Below are positions 32,249-45,243 of a stretch of 64,000 nt of DNA, one piece after another. The stretch is from assembly GCF_009914755.1 (NCBI RefSeq), contig NC_060927.1, one strand, 5' to 3'. How positions within the stretch are numbered: position 1 is the stretch's first letter; every line of letters starts with the position of its first letter. Both the position numbers and the translations under genes were made by a program. Origin of the DNA: the human T2T-CHM13v2.0 reference genome, Homo sapiens. The notes beneath the pieces are model-generated. The model was not told the DNA's origin. It ran no database searches and was given only the letters and a program-made list of their open reading frames with translations.

Positions 32249-33020
32249 GAGGATTCTGGTTTTTGGAAACTACCACGAAAACAAAGTGTTTACTCTTCTA
32301 GGCCCTATCTGTCTTTATGTTACTTACTTCTTAGCTATTACCTTCGGCTACTGATGCAGCTCTAATCACCTCTCTGCATCTTCTGGGAGAGGTGTCCAGA
32401 GCTAAAAATAACACCTGACCTTTCCTCTTCCCATGCTGTATGCCCTCAGCCACCTTGGAATTGCCTGGGGGAAAAAGAGTTATACCTCCAAGGCTGTGCA
32501 CATACAGTTAGTAACAGTTCTTTCACCATTATTCCAGCAATGGCTTTGGGGAAACCCTTTAATAATTTGCAACAGAGGTAAATAATGTCACCAATGCAGT
32601 AGCATTGTTAACCCAAAGCACAGTTTCCACAGAGCAAAGAACTTTATCAGTCCCAACGAAATTTAAATTCTAGACTCCTTTCTCTACCTCACGTTCCTCC
32701 TCCAGAAGCTGTCTTTTCTATCAAGATTCTCTATAGCACTAGCATACTCTAGCAGTTTGTAATTATAAGATAATAGAAACAATCATTAGGAACTTATAAT
32801 TATCTTCTCTCCCAAAGTGTAAGATTCTTTAGCATGAATCGTCTTGCCAACAGATCATAATTCATCTTGATAACAGGTTTGATAGAATTACATGAGACAT
32901 GAGTCTGGCTCATTAATGTTATTATTGTTTTTAAACTCTTGGCAGTGGTGCTTCCGAACTATTAATTAATCTTCATGACTGCTCTGTGAAATGGGTTAAA
33001 TATAACTAAACTTATTCTAC

Positions 33021-33130
33021 CAGAAGAGAGATTGGCAAACTGGTGATCTCCTCAATGAATCTCTCTTCGTTACCAATGGATCTGGGAGTGGAAATGGAAA
33101 TAGCTGAATCGAACTCATTTTTCCATAATG
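33021..33130 (-). pseudogene. Putative exon, 110 nt (LWKNEFDSAISISTPRSIGNEERFIEEITSLPISLL, phase 1-0)
   Basis: Acceptor atctatctag, weak donor gtagaa; open and in frame with 34465-34612. Confidence 0.4.
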
Positions 33131-33494
33131 CTAGATAGATATGACTTTTATGTGCTGCTAGCATACACCCTCCAAAAAATCCTTTAAATATCCATAAGAA
33201 TAATGAATAATTTGTAACAATTAACAAAAAATATGAGTTCGAAGACTTTTTTTTTAACCTGCTTTCTTATGAAATGCTCAAACTAAGTAAATCAGCACAT
33301 ATGGTTATTATGGCCCGTATTATGCTTCTCCTCTTCCCTTTCTCTGCCCTCAAATTACCATTGTTCCTTAGGGATTTACTATTCTGTTATCACTAGTGGG
33401 ATTTATTTGATATCTTTCCCTTGAAGAGCGTGAGGGAATGTGGAGAAAAGTACGAAATCCATAGGACCTACATTTAATGGTTTTGTCACATGGA

Positions 33495-33715
33495 AATAGT
33501 GTAGCTTGATGGCATGTTCACGGGTTCAAATCCAAGGCCTGTCTAATTTGCTGTGCATCTTTGGAAAAGCTATGTGTCTTCTCTGGTTATTGTTTTCTTG
33601 TTCCTAAATGGGAAGCACCTTACCTCATTGATTATGGGAATATCAAGAGATAATGAATGTAGAGTGTCTGGCACCTTAATAGTGATCAATAATGGAGTAC
33701 ATTATTAACATTATA
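33495..33715 (+). mobile_element. MIR
   Basis: gggttcaaatcc...ccttacctca...gtgtctggcac. Confidence 0.7.
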
Positions 33716-34464
33716 ATTCAGTGACTCAGCCGCAAAACTCTGAGAGAAGGGATGAAGGGGCCTGAATAGAAGGATGTGATATCAGGTGTATGCATTTAGA
33801 GATTTTCTTAACACGGAAGTCATTGTTGAGTACCTCCTAATTTAATGCCAAAAAAATCCTCCTCTTAAACCAAAATAAGGCTTGATGCACAGTAGGTAGT
33901 ACAAAATATTTTTTGCATGAGAACGAGAACAAGTGATTTCCAAAGATGAAAAAGGGGAAAAAACCTAATACCAGTTGTTGTGTCCTCTATGGGACTCTTA
34001 GCTATCCAGATCTCATTTGGATACCAGTGATTCAAGAGCATAAGGAAAGAAGAAGGTTTGAGATGTGAGATAGATGGGGGGATAAGTAGAAATAGTAGGG
34101 ACTGGAAAAAAAATCCATCTGCAGGAAAATACTATAATCATCTGATTATCCTTTACTGGTAAAGGATAAGGGGAAAGATGGCATTTTACTACAGGTCATT
34201 CTTCCATTTTTTAAAATGTTAGATTTTCTAGGTTTTATCCCTACTTCTTAAAATATAGAAATATGAAAGTACAAGAAATATTGTGCTAGAACTATAAGGC
34301 TATCCTTATTTAAAACCTTAAAAATTTCTTTCCGTTTCAAGTCATCAGATGAAAACAGTGTACTCCTAAAACAGAAACAATAAACTAATAAACCAGAAAG
34401 AACCCTGTATTTGTTTTATTTGAAACAAAATATCAGCTGATAACTTGAAGATATTGAATCTTAC

Positions 34465-34612
34465 CTGTGTACATATACTCTGCATATGCAGGATGAGTTT
34501 TTGTGAAAGCATCTTTTACTTTTTCTATTTTATCAGCTCTTATTTTTGTCGCAAATGGTGTGTACATAACCGAGAAAGATTCAGCTCTGGTGATGGCTTC
34601 CTCAATCATGGC
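34465..34612 (-). pseudogene. Best-supported exon, 148 nt (AMIEEAITRAESFSVMYTPFATKIRADKIEKVKDAFTKTHPAYAEYMYT)
   Basis: Acceptor ttgtttgtttcctcttag, donor CAG|gtaaga, 49 stop-free protein-like codons. Confidence 0.7.
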
Positions 34613-35082
34613 CTAAGAGGAAACAAACAACCCATTTGGCATCAATAACAATATATGACTTTTTAAGAATGTAAAAAATATAATTACCTTTATGGATGAC
34701 TTAAAAATCTATATACTGTACTGCAAAGATAACATATTTTGGTCTTGAATATTCATTAGAACAAAATTTTAATTAGTTCTGGAAATACTATTTCATATTA
34801 AGAAAACCAATTAAATGAAGAAAGTTTGTAAACAGGCACCTCTAAACTGAGCTTGTTTTAAGATAAAAATATAAATTCTGTTTCCTAAGGTGTCATGTTT
34901 TACTTGATTTTAAAAGTCAAATTCTTGAGTCTGACATTATAATTAACTTACTCTTGAGCAGACATTGGTGAGCAATTTGTATATGGAGAGATTTCTTTTA
35001 AAAACTAAAATATCTAAAGTATATTCTGTAAATAACACGGCAAACTAGACAGACGGTATTTTTTGTTTTCTTTTTCCAATAC

Positions 35083-35295
35083 CTGGGAAAGCCTTTTGGA
35101 ATTAAAAAAAAATCCTTCCTCAATTTCCTCCCAGAAAAGCTTCCCTTCCCTCCAGATCACAAGAGCTGTTTAAGGTGGCTTTGGCTATTTAAGAATTTCT
35201 TTACATTATTTTTGCTCATGTACCATTCTTGATAAAGCCCTGCCATCATCCTCAGCTTCCTGTTTTAAATAGGTCCATTACTATTTGTAACAGAC
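35083..35295 (-). pseudogene. Putative exon, 213 nt, disabled
   Basis: Acceptor actttcttttag, donor CAG|gtattg; stops in all frames; T9 run is a possible frameshift site. Confidence 0.5.
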
Positions 35296-35403
35296 CTAAA
35301 AGAAAGTTATGTGAAGTTTTAAGAGGAACTTACTCCTTTCCTACAACTTTTCCTTCTAATGAGGCTTGAACATTGAATAAAACGTGGAAGTGTCTATGGT
35401 TAC

Positions 35404-35490
35404 CTCAGTTTTTTAATATGGCATAAAAGCATATTATAAAACAATCCATTTTTATTTATAGGAATGAAATTCTCCCAGACAACTAAGGTA
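35404..35490 (-). pseudogene. Putative exon, 87 nt (TLVVWENFIPINKNGLFYNMLLCHIKKL, phase 2-2)
   Basis: Acceptor tttttccgtattgtttgttag, donor GAG|gtaacc, open; 108-nt intron to the next exon. Confidence 0.5.
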
Positions 35491-36203
35491 CTAACAAACA
35501 ATACGGAAAAATAATAGATATAAGCTTTTCAACAGAGAAAAAACCATTTAACAAACAACAATTTACATTATTACCCTCACAGTATTTTGAAAACAAGTTT
35601 TCCATTGATAATAAAAACAACAGGGAGTGGATTTTAAACTGGGAAGTCTAAATAAACTTGTTCATTGCTTGCTTCATTTCTTAGTGACTTCAAATGCCTC
35701 TATGATCATCTACATTGCTTGTAAAAGAGCAGCTTTGCAATTATTTTCTGGATGCAAAGGGTCTTCCTTTCTCTGAGACTAGCTTAAAATTATGTAAAAA
35801 TTAGTGGTGGACAAATTTCTGAATGAAATTCAACAAACTATTGGATAATTGAATGCTAGAACTTGCATGGCCTTCAACATTGTCCTGTTCAAGTTCAAGG
35901 AACTGAATGGGGAACAGAAAATACATAGCGGTTCTTCCAAACCCAGAGCCAGCCCTCAGATGGAGTTAGTGATGGAGTGCATGGCAAATAAAGGAAGAGA
36001 CCAGACAAGGAATTGCTGGATGTAGAGACCTGGATGCCAGCTTTGGAAGGCTAATGGGGATAATGCAGGCAGCAGGTCTGGGATTCAGAGTTGTGGATTA
36101 GGAACTCAAATAAGGTGTTTAGGCACCAAGTATTAGCCCTTCAGGAAAAATGAAGGTATTTTATATTGAGGAGGAGGAATAATTCCTCCAGTTTGGTGCT
36201 TAC

Positions 36204-36271
36204 CTGTGTTCACTGCTGGAACTGATCCTGGGATGGCCTGTCCAGACCATCAAGCGCGTGGTTGCACATGC
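36204..36271 (-). pseudogene. Putative exon, 68 nt (ACATTRLMVWTGHPRISSSSEH, phase 0-2)
   Basis: Donor CAG|gtaagc; modest acceptor; may lie within an old LTR. Confidence 0.3.
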
Positions 36272-36364
36272 CTATGTGCAGTGATGTGCCAAGGAGGAAA
36301 GCTGCTTTAGACCTCAGTTCTAAGGTCATGGCTGACTTTACTGCCTTTGTAAGCTATTGGTGCC

Positions 36365-36796
36365 TGTATCAGTTTCCTAGGGTTGCTACAACAAAGTACC
36401 ACCAACTGGGTGGCTTAAACAACAGAAATTTATTTTCTCACAGTTCTGGAGACTGGAAGTCCAAGACAGTGGTGTCAGCAGGTTTGGTTTCTTCTGAGGG
36501 TCTCTCTACTTGGCTTGTAGATGGCTGTCTTTCCCCATGTCTTCACATGGTCATTCCTCTTTGTGTGTGTGCACGCGCGTGTGTGTGTGTGTTCTAATTT
36601 CCTCTTTTTATAAGCGTGCAGTCATATTGGATTAGGGTTCACTCTAAAGCCCTCATTTTAATGTAATTACCTGTTTAAAGATTCTGTCTCCAACTGTGGC
36701 TGAGTGTGGGCTAATGGAATGCAGTCTAACTCTGAGGCACTAGGGGTTAGGACTTCAACAGATGAATTTTGGAGAGATACAGTTCAGCCCATAACA
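36365..36796 (-). mobile_element. MLT1C/D-like solo LTR
   Basis: tgtatcagtttcctagggttgct...tggcttaaacaacagaaattt...cagcccataaca. Confidence 0.88.
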
Positions 36797-38203
36797 GTTC
36801 CTAACTCAGAAACAGCTTTCTGATGGTCTGTGAATATCTTGCTGAAGGGTATTTTGCTTTAATTTCTGGATTAACAAATTTAGCAAAGGTATCTAATCCT
36901 CCAGTTTGCTTCCAGAAAGATATTAGTGATATCCTAGTCAGGCTAGGATAGAAGAAAACGCTCTCTCCACCCCATTTCTTTTCCAACTGCTGGCAGCTTA
37001 ACTGACTGCTGGCAGGGTAGCTTGGCGAAGCCATCTCACAGTGGGGATGGTAAGACTCGTGCCCAAGAACCTACACCAGCTTTTAAAAAAGTGGCAGAAG
37101 TGTAGGTTTTCATGTGGCAGCTTGATCTGCTCGTTGAAGGATCTGTACTCTTGGCTTAATGCTCAAGGCATTGCCTTCAGGCCTTAACAGGGCTCTCACT
37201 CAGGAGGGTATGCGCTGGAGAGCAGCCTCCCTCTCTCCCCACTGAGAACCAATAGAGATGGGTTCTTCCATGGATTCTGCTCTCCAACCTGAAGACGATG
37301 GGTAAGGAAGTGGGTGAGTAAATAGAGAGAGTATGTAATTTACAAATAGAAATTGTATTCTCCATGGAGATGCTTTCTTAAAGGAAATTATTATAGCCCC
37401 AGGAAGAAATAGTACAACATAGAGTAGAAATGAGAATACAGATGACCCTTGCACCAGATCTTGAAACATCCTTTTGTGTTTTAATGTACTAATATTTTTT
37501 ATTCTTCTAGAGACAGACAATCTTGAGGCTTTGAGCCTGTCCTACATTGCTGTTGTAAAGAAATAGAGTAATATAACATATATATATATATATATATATT
37601 TAGCATTATTGGTATTGAATGGCATTATTGAATAACTAGTGAAATCTAGAAAAAACTTAGCCTTTGTATTCAATTAAAATAGTAGGATTTTTTTTGACTG
37701 TTTTGGTTTAGATACCAAAAGATTAAATTTTCACTTTGTGATGATAATAATTTGGCAATTTAGAGTTAGACTTGTCTTTTTAAAGAGTCTAATATGTGTA
37801 AATTAAAAATTATACTTAAGGACTTTAAAAACTAGAATGATTTGATATAATCTTAGACATTAAAATATAAAAGATAGATTTAAATTTACTTTTTATAATA
37901 AAAGATTTTCCTTGATTTTGCGAATAAAGGAAGAGACCAGACAAGGAAATGCTGGTTGTAAAAAATAAGCTATACTAAAAATGGAAGCAGATTTCAAATG
38001 ATACTTCTTAATTTGACATAAATATTCTGTAATTGAATCATTCTTTCTGGACCTGTGAACTTCTCTGATGTCAGTAAATGTTGCACGTGTGCAGAAAATG
38101 GAGAAAACAATCAGTCCTTGTGCCCTGTTGTTAAATGTACATTGCTGTTAATTATGCTTTCTCTGCTGTTACTCAAAAATAAGCTTTGAAATTAAGTGTT
38201 TAC

Positions 38204-38589
38204 CTTTGGGAGTTCTAATAACTCTCTTTTGTTACTCTCACATTTATCAAGTTGTAAAGCTCATAATTTAGTTACATAAGCCAAGAGTGTAAGTGGGCAG
38301 CTCATTTTCTCTACAAACAGTAACTTATAATAATTTCTCCTTGTACTGTAGCTAAGTAAAAAGAACCCCTTGCTACCTTAGAAATCAACTTGCCCAGGAT
38401 GACTGTACAAAAGAGACCATGGGACAGCAAGGAGGAGAGATATTCCGTCAAGAGGAAAAGAAAAGCAATAAAAGTAGGGGGAAACATGACCAGCAAAAAA
38501 GAAACAAAATTCATCTCCCTCATCTAAACTCAAGAGGGCCGATTCTTCTTGGTAAAATTTTAAGAGCACTCAAGGTAGCCAGAATTAAG
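38204..38589 (-). pseudogene. Putative exon, 386 nt (128 codons, 4 stops, phase 1-0)
   Basis: Acceptor tttatagtttctgccag, donor AAG|gtaaac; frame includes the 63-aa ORF 38378-38569. Confidence 0.4.
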
Positions 38590-38640
38590 CTGGCAGAAAC
38601 TATAAACTTCAAACATTTTCGGGATGATAGAATTATGTAA

Positions 38641-38910
38641 CTTACTTTCTTTCTCTCTTTCTTTCTTTCTTTCTCTCTCTCCTTCCTTCCTTCCTCCCTC
38701 CCTCCCTTCCTTCCTTCCTTCTCTTTCTCTCTTCCCCCCTCCCTCTCTCTCTCTCTTTCTTTTTCTCTTTCTCTTTCTTTTTTCTTTCTCTTTCTTTCTT
38801 TCTTTTTCTCTCTTTCTTTCTTTCTTTCTTCTTTCTTTCTTTCTTCCTTTCTTCCTTTCTTCCTTTCTTCCTTCCTTCCTTCCTTCCTTCCTTCCTTCCT
38901 TTCTCTTTCT
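38641..38910 (+). repeat. Compound (CTTT/CCTT/CT)n polypyrimidine microsatellite
   Basis: About 265 bp of essentially C/T only. Confidence 0.97.
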
Positions 38911-39092
38911 TGTGGAGGAGTTGGGCAAATTGTAACTTTTGAACTATGTGCTTGGTGAAAGTGGTTTACTAAGAATCTTGTCACGTGAAATTAGAAAATG
39001 TGATGATGATTATTATAGATTATCATCAAATTATTCCTTTCTTGCTTCCAGTCTTAGGGTTGACTATAATCATAGTAAATTGATTTATTTAG

Positions 39093-39465
<373 letters not shown>

Positions 39466-39559
39466 CTTCTAAGGACTTATTAAATGACTTTAAAAAATTC
39501 TATAGAATTTAGAATTAGAGTCTCTAATGTTATATTTCACTTTCTTTTTTGAAAATTAT

Positions 39560-40245
39560 GACTTTACCTCGCAGGCACATAATAGGCATTTTCCAGACTC
39601 CCTTACAATGAATTGTGGCAGAATGTGGACCAATGGAATGGAGGTGGGAGAGACATTAACTTTCTTCAGGCCTGGCCCATGAAACCCTGCCTAGCATAAT
39701 CCCCTATTTTCTTTTCCTGTCAGCTGCCTTAAGAAAGAGGACTCAGCCAGGCACGATCCTCACGCCTGTAATCCCAGCACTTTGGGAGGCCAAGGCAGGC
39801 AGATCATATGAGGCCAGGAGTTCGAAACCAGCATGGCCAACATGGTGAAACCCTGTCTCAAATAAAAATATAAAAATTAGCCAGACATGGTGGTGAGCGC
39901 CTGTAATACCAGCTACTTGGGAGGCCGAGGCAGGAGAATTGCTTGAGCCCAGGAAGTGGAGGTTGCAGTGAGCAGAGATTAAGACCACTGCACTCCAGCC
40001 TGGGCAACAGAGCAAGACTCTGTCTCAAAAAAAAAAAAAAAAAAAAAAAAAAGGACTCACAGGTGGGAAGGAAGATGGCACTACATAGTGGAAGCATTGT
40101 GGGTTCCCAAGTTGATGATTAGAGTAGATCCAATCAGAAACATCCATGTTGGACTATGAGTGAGAAATCAAATTATTTTTCTATTGTTTTAAATTTCTGA
40201 AATTTGGGGTTGTTTGTTATAGTAGCCTACCCTAACATACCAATA
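39560..40245 (+). mobile_element. MLT1J-like LTR split by an Alu
   Basis: caggcctggcccat; tgagtgagaaat...tttggggttgtttgttatag 3' end. Confidence 0.6.
39746..40052 (+). mobile_element. AluS
   Basis: Dimer with long A tail; TSD aggactca. Confidence 0.93.
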
Positions 40246-43200
40246 CTAATAAATAAAATTTGAAACTTGGAATCTCTCTCATAATCCCTTTTTATCTACT
40301 AATACTTGTGTATTATTTTGAAAAGTAAAGAAAAACATGGCATTTAAAGAGATGAAACAACAACCTTTCATTTAGCAGTGTGATAAATGCTTTTATATAG
40401 GCTATTTCCTTTAGTCCTCATAAAATCCATCTGGGCAGGTATTACTAGTGATTGAATATTACAGTTTTATTGTTTTATTTTCAGAGTTAACATTATTAAA
40501 TTCAAAGGAAGCAGTACTATACTTGCAAGCTATAAATGATTGAGGTAGGTACCTTTAGTGTTTAATGGCTAATAAACCTCTTTGTTATTATATTAATAAT
40601 AATGCAATTTTAAATGATGATAATAATTTTCTAGAAAATGGAAAAATAAAATTTTGTGAGCTACGTTTTTCAAATTCAATTTTTAAAATATACATAGTGG
40701 TTTAATTTGGAGGATTTCAATTTTCTTGAAATTTAGAATTGATTTTAAAAACAGATTTTCATAAATATGCTACCTTGAGACAACCCTATAAACACAATCA
40801 CTGTGTCGTTTATGTAATAGTCAAGATTTACATTTTTATGATGATTTTAGTATAATGGTGTGTCAGAATAGAATATGTAATAATTGACTGCTTGTCCCTG
40901 CTGCAATGATCAACATTTTGATGCTGAATATTACCCTGGGTTTATGGAAGCTATTTTATGAAAGAACATTCGCAATAAGTTTCATTTTTTCTTAATATAA
41001 AAGAATATTTGGCAGCTTTGCCATTACCTCTGTCAGCCCAGTGATGTGAAAGTTATAAATATTTCATGCAGTTTAAATAAAAATATTTAAATTTTACTTG
41101 CATTATTTAGAAATCACTAAAAATTGCATAAACAGGTTACTTGTAGCAAGGGAAATGGACTTTTATATAGCTTTTTTGAATTCTGTACTTTGCAACCCTT
41201 TCTGTTTAAAAATAGTCATAATAAATATAATATTAAATTTAAAGTATTTAATTTAGTTTTGTAGTGTGTTACTGCTATATAATTTTAGAACATATATATG
41301 TATATACACATGCATGTAATTGTGTAAATATATTATTTGAGCTACTGTCTACCATTCAGTATGTTTAGGGTTAGAGTTTTCATTATATGTGATGCATCCA
41401 TTAACTAAATAACTTCTGCACTTAATGCCTAAAATTTACCCTGCATTAATTTTTAATCATTTATATTTTATAGTAAAATGTTATTTCCATGGTCCTTCAA
41501 GATAGAACTGAGGACATGGAAAGGATCTAAAATATTATTTTATAATCACTAAACTTTATAACTAAGGAAACTAAAGCTTGATGAGTACTGGTGATTCTTC
41601 CAAGGTTACAAAATTAGAAATGAAAGCAAGATGAGAGCCCAAGTCCCCTAAGCCAATCTTTCTTCTACAGTGAGCAACATTTTATTCTTTTAATTAGATT
41701 GTAAATTCTCGGAAGTATAAGATCAAGTTTTGATTCCCTTCTTCTTTTTTCATCACTATCTACTTCTGTCTCCACAGACAGCTAGAATTTGACTCTAGCA
41801 CAAACAGAGAAACAAACAGACCACATCAAACCATATCCAGATCAAGATCCTCTTTATAACAATTCTAACACAAAATGGAATATTCATCACTCACACCTAC
41901 TGGCCACAAGTAAGACTGTTTTGTCCACTGGCCCCTCATTAGATTTAGGACATGCTATCAGCTGGCATGCCAGTGTTGAAAAGAAACATTTACAAAAATT
42001 AGATGAATGGCTTTTTGATAGGGGGCTTAAATAATAACATGCTTAGGTCAGTCTAGCTTATTTAATGGCAAAACATATATAACTTATAAATAGAACTTAA
42101 AGTATGTTCTTGTTCTATAGACCCTGAATAATTTTCTGCTTGCACATTAGAGAAATGCCAGCTGAAAGAAACTCAGAGTTACAAGTGTGGGTTTCAGCAG
42201 CCTCCATACTCTTTAGGATGCCACAGAGCTTTTATTCTTGATGACTTAAAATGAATCACCAAAAGGTGTCACAGAAATAAATAGCTACATTACCTGCAAT
42301 TAGTTCATAAGGACAACTGGGTATTACTAATGAGCTTTAGCCTCTGTGTTCAGTAGTAAATGTCAACACAGCTTGGGACCCTTTTTTGTCATTGTGCATT
42401 TCATCTCTATATTTCATTTAGTTGTATGAAGGTAGGTATTTCTTTTCCTAACTGTATGTTGTTTTTTGATTGTATTTCTTGACCGTGGTTTTAAAGTGGG
42501 GTATGCCTTGCCAGTACACACAACTAATTAATGGCAGGGTTGGGACAAAGACCTGGTGACTTCGTTCTCAAACTTGTACTGCTTTTTCTACTCAGAATTT
42601 GTTTTATCTTTTGGGCTATTATTTGAGATGACTTTGAGTGGAAAGATCAGGGATACCTCTGAAGAAGTGTATGTTGGAGAACAAATTAAAAAGATTTGAG
42701 GACGTTTCATCTGGAGACAAGATTTAGGTTTCAAGGACTAACTTTCTGTCATCAGGTAGCAACGTGTTCTCAGATTCTCTCTATGCAGACTTTATTTGGC
42801 TTACTGATAAACCTGAAAAACTCATTTATTTATCAAATGAGTCTTCACCTGTGCGTTGGCGAAGTGCTGTAGATAAACTATTCTGTTAGTTTGCTAAAAC
42901 AATGCTGGAAAGCAAGCATTATTACTCCATTTTATAGTTGAGGAAAACTTAGTCTGTAAAGAGCTTCTACAACATGGTGAATTTCACACAGCTACTTCAT
43001 GACAGAGATGGGATTCAAATTAGTTACATCTTAGGGCCTCTTCCTCTGAGCCATTATGCTATGCTGACTTGTAAATGATGTTTACAGCCCTGTCCAGCAC
43101 TAAGATAGGATTCCAAATATATGAAAGGTTCTTGCACAGAGCTTCAGAGGGCAGAAGTGGAATCTTTAGCAGGAAACAGAGGCTTCTAAGAAGGGAATTG

Positions 43201-43399
43201 TTCATCTTGGAAGCTCGTAGCTCATGACCTTGGTGGTGTGCAGATCAAGAGAAATGAGTGTATCTGGAATCTAGTAAGAGGGATGACTGTGCTGTGGAAA
43301 TATTACTCACAGTTTGTTCTGGTCTTCTCTTGCCTCCCCGTAATTTCTTTTCTTACATAAGTTTCAGCTTTGCCTGGCAATCAGACACCTTATATTTTT

Positions 43400-43649
43400 C
43401 TTTATTATTTATTATTTTTTTTTTGAGATGGAGTCTCGCTCTGTCACCAGGCTGGAGTGCAATGGCGCGATCTCGGCTCACTACAACCCCCACCTCCTGG
43501 GTTCAAGCGATTGTCTAATTTTTGTATTTTTAGTAGAGATGGGGTTTCACCATGTTGGCCAGGATGGTCTCGATCTCTTGACCTTGTGATCCGCCCGCCT
43601 AGGCCTCCCAAAGTGTTGGGATTACAGGCGTGAGCCACTGCGCCCGGCC
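43400..43649 (-). mobile_element. AluSc-like with internal deletion
   Basis: Jumps from gttcaagcgattgt to ctaattttt; TSD tttctttattattt. Confidence 0.9.
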
Positions 43650-44581
43650 TTTTCTTTATTATTTCTTTAATTTGTCTGCAATTAATGTCTTCCAGGTTGT
43701 GGCCTCTCCCAGAAGACTTTATATTTTAAAAAGAACAGATCACAGAAGGATAATTTTATGGGGCAGGTGGCCTCCTATACATGACTTCCCATGCTTTCAT
43801 CCTAACATCAAAATGTCTCAGAGGGGAAATAATTGCACCTGTGAGAAATGCAATGGACTTGTCAAAATACATGTATAATATATAGATCCACATACATTAT
43901 ATACCTATATATGTTTCTATGTGCTTTGTGACAAGAAAAAAATCACAATGTCACGTAATATTAAATGAAATGAGATAAAGTGCTAACTTCAAGAGACCTG
44001 CCACTATACTACCAAGTTCTCTGTCCAGTCTCTGGTTACATCTCTGATTTGCATCTTATATGAACGTTACAGCAGGCCAACCTCCACCTGATGAAGAATA
44101 AATAATAAATGAAGTGAAGGCTTGCCAGCTAAATATGATATTTTCCATCCCTTTATGTTTGGGCTTGAAATAATCCTCCTGAGGTTTTCTGGAAGTTATT
44201 GTTCCTCATAGGTTGTTGGTTCCTGGTGTAGGCTGCACTATATATATATAATAGCACCTATGCTTTCTTGAATAAAAATAGGTTAGCTTAACAGTTACTT
44301 TATAATCCTGAGAAAAACGAAATCATGCCACATGTTAAAGGCTGACATTTGAAATGCCAAGGTCTCATTATTTGGAAGGGAGAAAATTATCATGAAAAAG
44401 AGAATGATTCAGCCCAGGTACAGATAAGTAGGCAGTCTTCAAAAATTAGCGAAGAAAATACAATCATATGAATTCAAGAAAAGAGGAGAATTTATTTTAA
44501 TTGGTGTGCAATACCACCAAAATGATGGCTGAGTATAAATAAAAACATTAAAAGCTTTGAGCTTTACAGATTATCTTATAC

Positions 44582-44645
44582 CTGAGTGAACACAGCTTAA
44601 AAAATTTCATGATTTCATGGAATAGTTATTACACATCTCCAACTG
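44582..44645 (-). pseudogene. Putative exon, 64 nt (NAGNAG acceptor)
   Basis: Acceptor ctttttttagcag, donor CAG|gtataa; stops in all frames. Confidence 0.25.
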
Positions 44646-45243
44646 CTAAAAAAAGTGACCTCAATTTCTCTGCAAGCTTGTAAATCAATAACCCATAAAA
44701 ATCTATGGAAAATAGAAAAGATAACCATAAAACCCTCTAAATTTGGTTTTGCTCATAACAAGTTTTGATTTTCAGATGCAAACAAACACAGAGAAGGAGT
44801 CAACATGTTTGTAAATTTAGACTGGAAGGCAAAGTCTCTATGAAAATAAAATAACCTCATGGAAACCATGCAGAATAGCCACAGGCCTCCTGGGAATCAA
44901 ATATCTAGACCTAAATTTGTTAAAGTAAAGAAAGGCCTGAATTGCTTTACATCTCTAAGCGCATATCTTTCTCAAATGAGAGAAAATGAAAAGAAATTTG
45001 GAGGTTAGTTTTTTTCCTCCCATAGAAACCATCAGAAACCCAAAAGCTTTTTAGGAGGCAAAAAAAGTAAAGAAAAAGCTGCATTTAAATGATGTGGGCT
45101 TCTGCCGTCACCTACTAATAATACTGAAAAACCAAACCAGGAATATTTTGAAAAAATAGACATTTCTGAAGAAGATACAAAATAAACATTACTCAGGGGT
45201 CACTGAAGATTAATTGTCTTGCTTTTTATGATGCCTGAATTTT

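Noticed and set aside
31967-32365. 132-aa ORF
   Set aside because: Mostly THE1 LTR sequence.
34465-34612. Naming the fossil gene (considered UOX, CMAHP, CCDC162P, CARNS1, DOCK)
   Set aside because: At most short superficial resemblances from memory; no symbol can be supported.
38520-38984. Charged or hydrophobic low-complexity ORFs of 103-154 aa
   Set aside because: Translations of the CT/CTTT microsatellite.
45193-45234. Small AG/GT-bounded minus-strand segment
   Set aside because: Stops in all frames, weak donor, and the acceptor overlaps the FAM TSD.
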